Below, piece by piece: positions 42,190 through 53,974 of a stretch of DNA of 64,000 bases. Under the pieces are notes generated by a model. It searched no databases. It was not told the origin of the DNA and saw only the letters and a list, made by a program, of their open reading frames with translations. The position numbers and the translations under genes were made by a program. This DNA comes from Octopus vulgaris (lineage: Eukaryota), in contig OX597815.1 in NCBI GenBank assembly GCA_951406725.2, forward strand, positions 41,292,001 to 41,356,000, in the 5' to 3' direction. The stretch's first letter is position 1; each line of letters opens with the position of its first letter.

Positions 42190-42699
42190 CTGGGGGGAAA
42201 AAAAAACAAGAAACAGAAATATTAATATTGTAAATAAAAAAAAAAAATGATAATTTTTTTTTTACTGTTATATTTCAAAGCAAAGAATCCTACAAAGAAA
42301 TCAATACAATTTATTCAAGTCTTACCTGTAGATGTAAAAGACATAAGTTGATATTCAGTATTCCTTCTCAAGCAAATAATTTTAACTATTTTAAATGGCA
42401 ACTTTAAATGGTTAACCTGCCAGCCAGTGACCATTGATAGAAAATGTTCTTTTATTTGATTTTTAAAAATATACATTTCTTATATAAATCTACTCATAAA
42501 CTTTATATATTTACTTTACATCCATTTTATTTTTAATTGAATAGGTATGAAATTAAGATTCTGAACATGAATTATGTACATTTCTTTCAACGATATACTG
42601 AACATTCAGTTCTGAAGACAAACTCTGAATAAAACTTTCAAATGAAGAAAGTTCAGTCGACATTAGAAGCAGAATTTTCACCTCAATTAAAAATTAAAA

Positions 42700-42919
42700 T
42701 AATAATAATAATAATTAATTCCGCTTTTATTGGCCACAAGGGCTAATATAAATCGAAAACATGTAAGGACAAACACAGGATGAAAAGTACAAAGTGTTTT
42801 GCGAAAAAGAAAGGTCCGTGTAAACATTAGAAAACAGGGAAAATATAACAGTTAGAAAGAACTTCCAATAGGGGGAGGCACCGTGAAAAGTTACTTGTGG
42901 AAAAACCCATAAAAATGGG
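42700..42919 (-). mobile_element. 3' UTR fragment of a non-LTR retrotransposon
   Basis: The minus strand ends ccttgtggccAATAAAagcgg followed by an (ATT)n tail. Confidence 0.5.
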
Positions 42920-43044
42920 AGCCAAGATGAAGAGCGCAATTTGACTAAGATATTTTATTAGTTGAACAATATTTCAATAATACGTTGAAATATCATTCAA
43001 CTAATAAAATATTTTACAATCGAATCCCGCTCTTCGTCTTGACT
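42920..43044. repeat. 125-bp near-perfect palindrome (MITE-like)
   Basis: Arms agccaagatgaagagcg/cgctcttcgtcttgact, atattttattagttgaa/ttcaactaataaaatat and atatttcaa/ttgaaatat. Confidence 0.85.
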
Positions 43045-45410
43045 GTTTACCTTTGTGAAGAGTTACGTCAATCCTTTTTAAAATAATAATAACAATAATA
43101 ATTCTTTCTATTATACGCACATGGTTTGTAATTATGGTGTCGGAGTCTAGTTGATTATGTTGATCCCTATGCTTGACTGGAACTATTTTATTGACCCAAA
43201 AGCATGAAAGGGAAAGTTGATATCAACAGAACGAAAGTCGGACAAAATGTTACTAATAGTAATAATAATTTAAATGTTTTGAGTTTCTTTCATAAATCAG
43301 TACATACTGAGTTAAGATGAAATGTTATAAATAGAGTCTGTTCTAATATGCTTATAATACACATTCCTTTTTACTATAAATACAAAGCCTGAAATTGGGG
43401 TGGAGACAGGATAGTTGATTATATTGACCCAGTATTCTACTGGTACTTATTTTATCAACACCAAAAGAAGGAGAAACAAAGTTGACCTTGGAGGAATTTG
43501 AGCTCAAAACGTAAAGACAGGCAAAATGCCACAAAGCACTTAGTTCACCATGCTAGCAATTCTACCAGCTCACCACCTTGTAAGCCCAATATACATATTA
43601 AAAAGCAGAAAAAATATCCAATTAGAAAAGAAGCTGAATAAGAAAGCAAATTTAATGTTTTCAAATTGGTTAAATATTTAAAATGCAGAGAATTAAATAT
43701 AATAGTGAATTACTTACTCTACTTGTATCTAAAGTTATTTTAAAAAGTGTATATGCCTAAATTAAGCATGTTATGGTATGCAATATATCGACATGCCAAT
43801 ATCAGTCTGACATTTTTGTTCTATATATGAACAATTATTTTTTTCATCATTATAATTTTAACATCCATTTTTCCATGCTCTATGGCATCTTTAATAAAGT
43901 ATACTCTGTTGAAACACTTGGGCTAGATCTCTTTTTTCCTTTTCCCTCGACAGCCAATAACACAGACAAAAAATAAAAAATTAAGTTTGAGGAATCAGAC
44001 AGATCCGCCATATGACACATTACAATTTAACTTGAGCTTATGTCATCTTATCTGTTGAAAGTCAACATCTTCAGATCCAATTTCCCTACTTCATGCAACT
44101 TGCTTGGTCTTCCTATGCAACAAGTACCACTCAATCAGCATATAGCACTTTTCCATTAGGCAAAAACATTCACCCACACTACATATCCATACTAGCACAG
44201 ATGCCTCCTCTGAACATATTAGGTAAATTACTCTGCCAAATGTAAAGCTTATTTATTCATATTGTTTTGAATTAATCATGTGTTGTCTCATAGCTTTGAG
44301 ATTTTGATGATGTTATTGTCTATTTTTAGGATGACATTGTAGGGTAGGTGTGAGAGGTAAGATCAGGCCAGTCGGAACATAAAAGCAGGAGGCATATTTT
44401 GGCCGGATATAGCCAATTTAAATGCCAAGTGGTTAATACCTAAATTTCATGCAAATATATCCAATGGAAATTTGCTCAACCACTCCACAAGTGTTGACTG
44501 CTATGTAGATAGCGTCATAAAGTCATCTTATGCATACAGAGAAAAGTGTTTTGCTTCCAGCAAGTACTATCTACTTAGCTACAACCATATTCAGCATTAA
44601 TTATACCAAATATAGAAATAAGCAAACATACTATTTCTCAAGACTAATCCACAAGTCTATGAATGACATTGTGTTTTGAGGGCCTGTATAGTAATTAAAC
44701 ATGTACATTTAACAACCTGGTTTCTCATTTGAGGGGTTTTACTGCACATTTTTATGATTCTGCTGCTTGTGCTGCATATATAGTTGAAACTTCCTACCAG
44801 TCATATGTTTACATATTAAACAAGACCACTTCTCAGGAGTTCCTCATTTTTTTTAATGTTTATGCTCTATAACTTTTGGTTGTGGTCATATGAAGCTTTG
44901 TATCACAAGACTACTCTTTCAGGATTAATACAGTTCAATAGCTCTTCAAAAGATATTGAGTTGAAAACCCAGTCAGCTGTATATACAAACTGTCAGGGAT
45001 ATTCAGTTTCAGACACTTGTGATATCACTTTAATGACTACAATGAAGAAACAAAGCAATTAAATTAGACATGGCCTGGGCCAACTTCGGCTGAAACTTAT
45101 CTAGGTAATCTTACCTAAGTAATCATCAACTGAATTAACTAACAATCTTGGCCTAAGTTCAGTTATGAGCTTTTCATTCATATCTTTCATCTTTTACTTG
45201 TTTCAGTCATAAGACTGCGGCCATGCTGGGGCATTGCCCTGAGGAATTTTTAGATGAATGAATCAACCATAGTGCATGTCAAGCAGTGGTGGTGGACAAA
45301 AACATACACACATACATTATATATATAGTTGAAATTTATAGAAAGACAAAGACAGGTATATGAACAAGAAGCAAGTGTATTAGTTTGACGCTCAGGAAAA
45401 ATGAATAAGT

Positions 45411-45446
45411 TTTTTATGTTTCAAGTCTCCGCTCTTCAACACAAAG
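45411..45446 (-). ncRNA. Degenerate minimal hammerhead-like motif in a short insertion (about 45330-45510)
   Basis: Minus strand reads cttt-GTGTTGA-a-GAGC ggag ACTT-GAAA-CAT-A-aaaa. The topology fits but several core and stem positions are broken. Confidence 0.35.
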
Positions 45447-46415
45447 GAATGAGAGGAAATAAACAGAGAGAATGAAAAAAAGCATGTAGTGTTCAGCAGG
45501 AGAATGACTGGAAGGAAAAAAAAGTTTGAAAGAAAGGGAGATAATAATAAACAAAAAGAGGTTGAATGAAAGGGAAATAATAATGCTAGTGATCACAACT
45601 AGAGAAGATATATATATATAATTAATATAAACAGCAGTTTGCAATGTTTCACCAAAATGGAGAATTATGATTGTCATTAAATGTAACTAAGGTGTTAGTA
45701 AACACCTACATTGGTAGAAATAAGACCTAAACCACTGACAGGCTTCTTTCAGTTTCTGTCTACCAAATCCACTCACAAGGCTTTGGTTAACCTGAAGATA
45801 TAGTAGAAGACACTCGCACAAGATGTCACACAGTGGAACTGAACCCAGAACCATGTGGTTGGAAAGCAAGCTTCTTATCACACAGCCATGCCTTTATTTA
45901 AATTTTTGCTATTAGCTTTACTACATAGCATAGGCAACTATGAAAAGGGTTCTACAGATAAACAAATACGAAGGAGAGGTTTTTGCACTTAGTTAGGAGT
46001 TTCTCTTGCAGTTGGTTCATTTGGAATATTTCCTTTATGGTTCAACATCCTGGTAAAAATTCAATTACTGCATCGCTTTCAATCACTTTCATGACTGATC
46101 TGATGCCCTTATTTCCCGAACTCATGTATCAATTATAGATGTTATTATTTAACTAGCCAATAGGGATAAAAACTTAACTGCACAACTTAAAATGCTGGGA
46201 GTTCAGTTTATATAAGTAAATGGTTGACATATTCTTAAAGAACCTGCTGTTACACAGCATCCTTCAATTTTATTACAACATGAATAGGGAGAGATTAAAC
46301 ATAGCTAAGGACACAGAATATAAATCATGAATGGCAATTATACTGTTGCTACACTGTGGGTGGGCTTTCTAGAGACTGTGATGGCTAAAAACTAAAATGT
46401 AGATATAAACACAGA

Positions 46416-47530
46416 TGACATATACAGAGGAATCAGTTATATGAATTACTAGAGATTGTGTTCTGTCATGTTTCCCAAAAGACTGATAGATTATTGTGAT
46501 GGTCTTTAAAAATCTGTATATTTTGTAGTAGTAGAAGTATTGTGTAAAATGAATTCAACAAAATTTTTTTTTTCCCAGGATAAATACTTATTCAACTTAA
46601 TTTAGTTGCAATGTATATAGATTGTCTGTAGAAAAGACACTTCTAGGTTGAAGTAGTTATTGAAGAGATTAAGTATTCATCTGTCCTCTTTAAGAGATGT
46701 TTATAAGAATTTGTGAACATATTAAATGACATTGATAACATAGAAACTAATATAAAATTCAATGTAGAACAAACATATATTGTTTCATTTGAATTGTGAA
46801 TTTCCAGTATTGATATTTTACAGGAAATCCTCTCTCTCTCTCTTGCTGTGCATGTGTGTGTGATCATCAGTTTGATGCCTACTTTTCCATGTTCACATGA
46901 GATGGATGGAATTTATTAAGACATATTTTCTTTGGCCAGATGCTCTTCCTGTCAGTAACCCTTACCAAGTAAGGTAATATTTCCCCATAACCCAACATGT
47001 TTCCATGGAAGATTGGAGACAAAGGATACAACTTGCATGATGGTGACACTCATCTATATCCCATTTTGTCAAGGTAAGGAGTAAGACACACACACAATGG
47101 ATTTCTTTCAGCTTCCATCTACTAAATCCACCACAAGGTTTTTGTCAACTCACTTGTTGAAGATGCTATGTAGTAGAACCGAACCAGGAACCATGTAATT
47201 GGAAAATAATTAACTATCTAGCAGTATATTCCAATAACTAAAGGAGAGCTATACTTCATAATTTTTTGGTAAAAATTCCTTTTCATTCAGTTGAGTGGAT
47301 TGATTGGTTGATTTTCTGCTATAGTAGAATGTTGTTATGGTTATATATTAGTGTTATTGTGATTTTTGAAGTGACATATACAGAGGAATCTGTGATATGA
47401 ATTACTAGAGATTGTGTTCTGTCATGTCTCCCAAAGGGCTGATAGATTATTGTGATGGTCTTTAAAATTCTGTATATTTTGTAATAGAAATATTGTGTAA
47501 AATGAATTCAACAAAAAATTTTTTTTCCCA
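46416..47530. repeat. Dispersed direct repeat, ~160 bp (46416-46577 and 47372-47530)
   Basis: Both copies read tgacatatacagaggaatc...gaattcaacaaaa..ttttttccca with few differences. Confidence 0.9.
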
Positions 47531-49132
47531 TGAAAAATATCATGAAAGAATTATTTGGAAAGATTGAAAGCTTATCTTGTGTGCAGTATTCATCTGTCAT
47601 ATGCACAGACAATGATATTATTTTCAATGCAATTATTCTATTTGTTTTAGCATGATGTAACTGAGACATGACAGTGCTAAATGAAAATTTGGAAAATTAC
47701 TTAATAAACAATATTGTTGAAACCGACAAAGGGACAGCATGAGAGTTACCATAAAGTTGAAATTTACAAGGTGAAACAAATCAGCCTTCCCATCAAAATT
47801 CATCATTTCCCCAAGAAAATACCGCCCCTGCCCACCTTTTGAGATTATTATTGTCTATTCCCAACACACACATTACTGTTTCACAGAGGTCCCATAAGGG
47901 AATTGGTATGAGTAAGTAATTATATGATTTTAACAAAATTAAACAAAGAACCAAAATGTAGTCAATGCTAATTAAAATTATGTATCTGGCTTCCTTGTAA
48001 GGCTGACATATGAAAGTAAAATAATGAACAAACAGAAAACCTGAGTCCTTATGAACTAGAAGACATCAGTAGTATTCATATGACACACTGACTAAAAATA
48101 TGAGATATACAAGTAAAATACTTTTCAAATAACCATAATAGACAAAGAAATCATATGAATACTACCCTACCACTATACTGATTTCTTTTCAGTTGCTTTA
48201 AAACAATGCAAAGAAAAAAAGGGAAGGGGGACTTAAGGCCATCAGCTAACAATAAACAATAGAAGTTATTTTTCTAAATAACAGACAGTAGCCTTAAAAC
48301 ATTACTCATTGAAATGAGATGAAAATAGTTAATATTTAGCTATTTTTCAGAACTAACTTACAATGCAAGACGATATAAGCATAAGCGAGATAAACAGATA
48401 GACATGATGCTTAAATACATATCACTTGAAAAAAAATTTTACAATGGACAAAGAAAACCATTTCAAGGGACTGAAAAGCTGGGCTGCAAAGTTGTGTTTG
48501 TTTTCATTAAAAGTTATAGGAGATACAATAACTCTCAAATTAAAATTAATTTACAAATATCTAACTTAGAAAAGAAAGTTACAACAAAACTATGGAAAAG
48601 CTCTTCAGTTATAAAACAATATTTTCACAAAATGTCCAGAGAATAGAAATAATTACACCAAGTTAATTAGCTAAGGGAAAAGAAAAAGAATTATGACAAA
48701 TGTCTGAATTTTTTACAACTCATGACAAATTAATTCACTTTAAGATTATTTTTAGCTACCAATTTTTATGAATGAACTTCTGCAGACAGAGACAACCAAC
48801 AGTTACTCTGAATTCCTGAGCTTACCTTAAAAATTAATTCAGTTTAATAATTTCACGTTTCTTAAATATCTTTGAAATACCATGTCAATAAGCCATAGAT
48901 CAATCAGCTGAAAGATTAGTGATTCATATAACACCATCAACAGTATGCAGTGACAATGGTTAAAATAGCTGCTAAGTACTTCACAGGGGTAGTGTTTGCA
49001 AAACATATCTAACCAAGGATAACGATAAAAGGAAGTGTACTAAAGCATCACCTTGAAGAATTGCTGTAATTACATCAAGTAATTTAATGGCATCATGTTT
49101 GAGATATTAAAGTTGCATGATATACTGAAGTA

Positions 49133-49834
49133 GTTCTATATTTAAGGGATGAGGAATTATGTACATTATTTACATTCGACAGATATTTGACCTCATCTTG
49201 TTTGTTGCTAACACAACATTTCGGCTGTACAACCTACCACAGCTGCATGGGATGGAGTACATACAGTCCTTGTTCATATTCATGCAGCTATGGTAGGTTA
49301 TACAAAGGTGAAACATGCTGCCCCCTCAAAATAAGGGTAGACGAACATCGCAAAGCTGTGACATGAGGAGATATTGATAAATCGGGTATAGCTGATCATG
49401 TATAGAAAAATAGAAACCACCTCCCCCTGTGGGATGAAGTTAAAATAATAGACAGAGAACACCACTGAAAAATACGAAAACTAAAAGAAGCAGCACATAT
49501 GCTAGGACACAACAACCTCCTAAGCAGACCAAGTGCAGAAATGAGCAGCATACGGGAACCAGTATTAAGGAAGGATAGAAAAATATTAGATTTATAAGCC
49601 CTAAAATTCACTCCGTAATTGCCCATGGGCATATGGCGTAGTGGTTAAGAGCGTGATTTCAAGCAGTGACATAAACAATAATAATAATAAAATCGAAAAA
49701 TACCTTAGGTATGAGAACCCAGGTTCGAAATTTCCCCAAGATAACTGAAGAAGGCTGGAGGGTATATCAGCCGAAACATGTTAACAACAAACAAGATGAG
49801 GACAAATATCTGTCGAATGAAAATAATGTAAATT
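49133..49834 (+). mobile_element. 5'-truncated Penelope-like element: GIY-YIG endonuclease pseudogene, pseudo-LTR and inverted partial pseudo-LTR
   Basis: 49279-49597 translates SCSYGRLYKGETCCPLKIRVDEH...SGIADHV*...HLPLWDEVKIIDRE..*KIRKLKEA. 49162-49227 is the reverse complement of 49768-49830. Flanked by a 16-bp duplication atgatatactgaagta (49117-49132 and 49835-49850). Confidence 0.9.
49741..49786 (+). ncRNA. Hammerhead ribozyme motif in a Penelope pseudo-LTR (stem I decayed)
   Basis: CTGAAGA-a-GGCTG gagggtatat CAGCC-GAAA-CATG-TT. Stem III is the palindrome ACATGT. Confidence 0.65.
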
Positions 49835-50265
49835 ATGATATACTGAAGTATACTATACAACTATAATATCTCAAATGTGCTTACTCTCCAAACAAATTCA
49901 AAAGTATTTCTATAGTTTACAAATATTAATACCCACTACTTGAATGCAACAAGTTATTTCTAAACAGATTTGTCAAATTGTTAATATCTGCCAAGATGCA
50001 AATCACTTTCATGTTTTCTTAGAATCTGTTTAACAGTAAGTAAGAGACAATCAGCTACAACCAGTAATAGTTTATCAGCAATGTGAGGTTAACTTTTTTT
50101 TAGAACTAGAATAATTTATGACTTCTCCAAATGGATGGAAAAAGTATAGCATGCATAAATTACAGCTATCAAGAAGTTCGTAAAAAATGGTATTTAATAT
50201 AAAGAACACACAAACAAAATTAAATGATATAAAGTAAATTAGTATAAAACTGAATACAGAATATA

Positions 50266-51128
50266 CAGCATGTTTGAGCTAAATTTGACAGTTTGCAGAA
50301 ACAGAAAAGAAAACAATATCCCATCCAAAAATAAAAGTATTTTTTTTAAAAACTCAAAAAATATCAACTAGATTATAGCTTGGAACTAACAGTTTACTCA
50401 AAGTAGCTGCTCTTGGCTTCAACCATCGCCTCAAGATGTCTCCAAAACCTGGCACACATTCCTCACTGTGTCCCAGTAAGATCTTCAAATAGCTCCTTGA
50501 TCTTGGCTACTAGAATGGCCATGACATTATGGGCAGAGCAGTTGGTGTGTTTCTCAACCACACCACACACAAAGTAATCCATGGGATTTCACTCAAGGGA
50601 AGCAGGAGGCCAGAAATTGGAGCTGGTGAAGTTGCAGAAATTCTCCAACAACCATATCTGACTTTCTGGAGGAGATGAATCCTGCTGCCATACATATGGC
50701 CTTCCAACAACAATCCTCTCCAGTCAGGGATTGACCACAGTCTCCAAGAGCTTCACATAGCTGTCTGAATTGAGCCTAAGGCCCTGTTCAAAGATGTGGG
50801 AATGAATTCCAGGTCAGAACAATCCCTTCCTGCTGGCCACAGCTTTGTAGTCTCTGTTGCAGCTTTCCATGTCATGTCTCACAGCTTTTACAGTGTGTAC
50901 AGAGCGTTCAGTAGCAGTCATGATATCAGCATTTTGATACTTGATGTGAATCATCATGATACAGCTAACTTTTTCCCAATGCTCAGATGGCATCCAATCT
51001 CTATGTCAGTTTCTTCTCAAATACAACTTCAATCTTTATGCTCTCCAACACCATTTATTATTCACCACTAGAGACTGTTCCAGAAAAGAAAAGGCAAAAA
51101 AATCTTTAAATTCAGCCCAAGCACCCTG
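50266..51128 (-). mobile_element. Decayed Tc1/mariner transposon, DD37D (maT/Bmmar1-like)
   Basis: Minus strand gives RPYVWQQDS...WLLENFCNFTSSNFWPP...NPMDYFV..VVEK...LEAMVEAKSSYFE*. Imperfect TIRs TA|CAGGGTGCTTGGGCTGAATTT and TA|CAGCATGTTTGAGCTAAATTT. Confidence 0.85.
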
Positions 51129-51689
51129 TAACCATAATTTACTGAGAAAGTTTTCAGTGATGTTATAATTGCACGTTGACATGTGGGTGTACTTGTGAGT
51201 GCACATGCACTCAGTCACAAAATTTCCACAAGATATGAAAGGTACACTGAAAAAGAATTAAAAAGATAACCATACCATTTAAATGTAAGGTAATTCTGTT
51301 TAGATTAAGAGCAAAACAAGTATGATTAAGAAAATAAAAGAAAATTAACAAAATGTATTCATGTGTGAGAGACACAAACACACACGTTGTGCGGAGAAAC
51401 TATTAACCATGTGCTAAGGCGTATTTGCACAATTGGGTGGGCAAAGACATAGCTGAAAATATTTGTTTTTACTCATGCTTAGCAAAATTTTGCTCATGTT
51501 TCTTTACTAACCTTAGCATTTAGTCCTTCCTAACTCCACCCTTACTAAACTTGTTTTTTTTAGTTACTAGTAACATACTTTCAGTTAAAAGTATGTAACA
51601 GCGACTGACTGTCTCAAATTTCACTCAGAATATATATTGAAACCTTATCATAAAGAGAAAGACACCTCTTGGTTTCTTTCTTTCTCTGT

Positions 51690-51880
51690 AATGTGTATGT
51701 ATATATATGTATGTGTATGTATATATGTATGTGTATGTATATATGTATGTGTATGCATATGTGTGTGTGCATATGTGTGTGTGTGTATGCATGTGTGTGT
51801 ATGTATGTGTGTATGAATGTGTGTGTATGTATGTGTGTGTGTATGCATGTGTGTATGTATGTGTGTGTATGTATTTATGT
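51690..51880. repeat. (TG/TATG)n compound microsatellite
   Basis: Seen directly. Confidence 0.95.
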
Positions 51881-52035
51881 ACATAACAATGTCATTTTAT
51901 ATTCACCCAACTCATGCCAGCATGAGAAAATGAGTCTTAAGTACACTCCCTTGACATTTGCTGCAGTACTCCAAAGTATATTTGTAGATGTTATATTTTA
52001 TATGAGTGTTGAGAATACTGGAAAACACCTTTTGA

Positions 52036-52157
52036 GTATTATTTTTTTCTGATTACTTGTGTTTCATTACTAATAGACATCTTATACGTTTTTCTATATG
52101 TATACCTATGTAACACCTGTTAGTAATGAAACATATGTAATGAGGAATAAATAATAC
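52036..52157. repeat. Inverted repeat with 41-bp arms (MITE-like)
   Basis: 52036-52076 matches the reverse complement of 52117-52157 with about 6 mismatches. Confidence 0.8.
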
Positions 52158-52749
52158 CAAACATTTTAGAGACTTCCGTTTTGACATAGCAGCTAATAGA
52201 CTATTTGTTGTAGTATTTGTTTCAGGTCTTTGAGTTCAAATCCTACCAGAATTCAGTTATAGATACAGCATGGCTGCATAGATACTGAGTTTGCTTGGTA
52301 ACCAAGTGGTTTCAAGTTCTATCTCATTGCACATCTTGAGTAAGTACCATCTATTGTAGCCTTGCACAGACCAATGCAAGACAATGACCAACCACATGTT
52401 GCACAAAGAATGCTATTCAAGTTACAGGAACAGAACTTGGAAGTACTCCATCATCCACTATATTCACCAAACCATGCAACAACTGATGATCATGTTTCCC
52501 AGACATTGGACAACTTTTTTTAAAGAAAAAATACAAAAACAGTCTTTTGTGATTTCATCACCTCTTGCTCTCCAGAATTTTTTGCTGCTGGCATAAGCTA
52601 CTGATAAAATGGAAAATTGTGTTGATAATTTAGGTGCATACTTTGATTAACTGCTTTGCTTTTTGCTGAGATAAAGTAAAATAAACTTTCAGTTCAAAAC
52701 TAGACATTTCATTCTTAATGACCTGATATATATATATATATATATATAT

Positions 52750-53170
52750 GGTTTGTCCAGTGTTACTCATATCGGACGGGTATGTTTGATTTTTAGTACT
52801 TTCAGATCCAAATCAGAAGAAATCTCTGAGCTGATGAAGGAAATGTTGGCGTTTAGTCAACTAATCTAGAAACAGGCTTGTCCTCAGGTGATCTCATATG
52901 GATGTGATCTTTCGTTGATTTTCCCTTATACCTATGTGAGTTATTTCTGAGTATGCATTGTCTGGGAGACTTTTCTTGCAGTAGAAGAAATAGCCAAATT
53001 TTTGGCTGCTATTTCTAAAAAGCTCGGTATGTGGTAAAGTAAATTATTTTACTTTACCCTATTTTTATAAAGTAATATTTCAAATATACCGTAAATGGTC
53101 GTTTTACATACCGAACACTGCTCGGTCAAATTAATTAATAATTAATTAATTTTACCCTTTTTTATTGACT
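52750..53170 (+). mobile_element. Probable solo Penelope pseudo-LTR inserted in (TA)n
   Basis: Bounded by TA runs, no ORF, and contains a hammerhead motif. Confidence 0.55.
52826..52887 (+). ncRNA. Type I hammerhead ribozyme, canonical core, GUC cleavage triplet
   Basis: CTGAG-CTGATGA-[aggaaatGTTGGC gttta GTCAACtaatcta]-GAAA-CAGGCTTG-TC-CTCAG. Stem I CTGAG/CTCAG is perfect and stem III ACAGGCTTGT is near-palindromic. Confidence 0.8.
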
Positions 53171-53915
53171 ATATATATATATATATATATATATACTCTT
53201 TTACTTGTTTCAGTCATTTTGACTGCGGCCATGCTGGAGCACCGCCTTTAATCGAGCAATTCGACCCCGGGACTTTTGTAAGCCCAGTACTTATTCTATC
53301 GGTCTCTTTTGCCGAACCGCTAAGTAATGGGGACATAAACACACCAATGTACTTTCACACAATGCAGTGGGAATGAATTTTGAGTTACTGTTAACATAAT
53401 TTACTTTAAGATATGGATGACTTAAGTTTACTTTTAAACTCCCCATTCTTACAAACACCAAGTAGATAGTTAGCTTGCTTTGTGATCGTGAGTGCACCAA
53501 ACCTCACGTGTGTATGCTCACATTTTCGCAAATGCTTGTATGACTGAGTTTACTCACATCATGCAGCTTGCCCGATGGCATTTATACATCCATATTTCTT
53601 AACAGTTATTTTTAATACTTTTCTTGCTGTATTTATTGTGTGTTCATTTCTCTTTTTTTCCATCTGTAATTTTATTTTTGATCTTCTCTGCAAATGAAGA
53701 TATTGCCTCTGTCTGGCTGCTTTTCTTTCTACAAAACAAGGAGTTACAGTTACAGTTATCTTAATGAGTTGTGTCTATTTATCACCCAATGAGATACATC
53801 TGCAATGCCGGATGCTCCTGAACCAGTTGTCGAGTGTCCCACCAGTGAGGGATCGATGCTAGATTTGTCAAAACAATTGTTGTGATAAATTCTTGTATAT
53901 TCCATCTTCCATTTG

Positions 53916-53974
<59 letters not shown>

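Noticed and set aside
42605-42675. CTGAAGAC...GTCGACA hammerhead-like string
   Set aside because: GAAA is absent and the stems are unconvincing.
46416-46577. Duplicated intronic H/ACA snoRNA
   Set aside because: No properly placed H box or terminal ACA on the host (minus) strand.
53755-53916. GC-balanced segment with a small hairpin next to a TA run
   Set aside because: No ribozyme core, splice-consistent ORF or second copy; probably a TE fragment.
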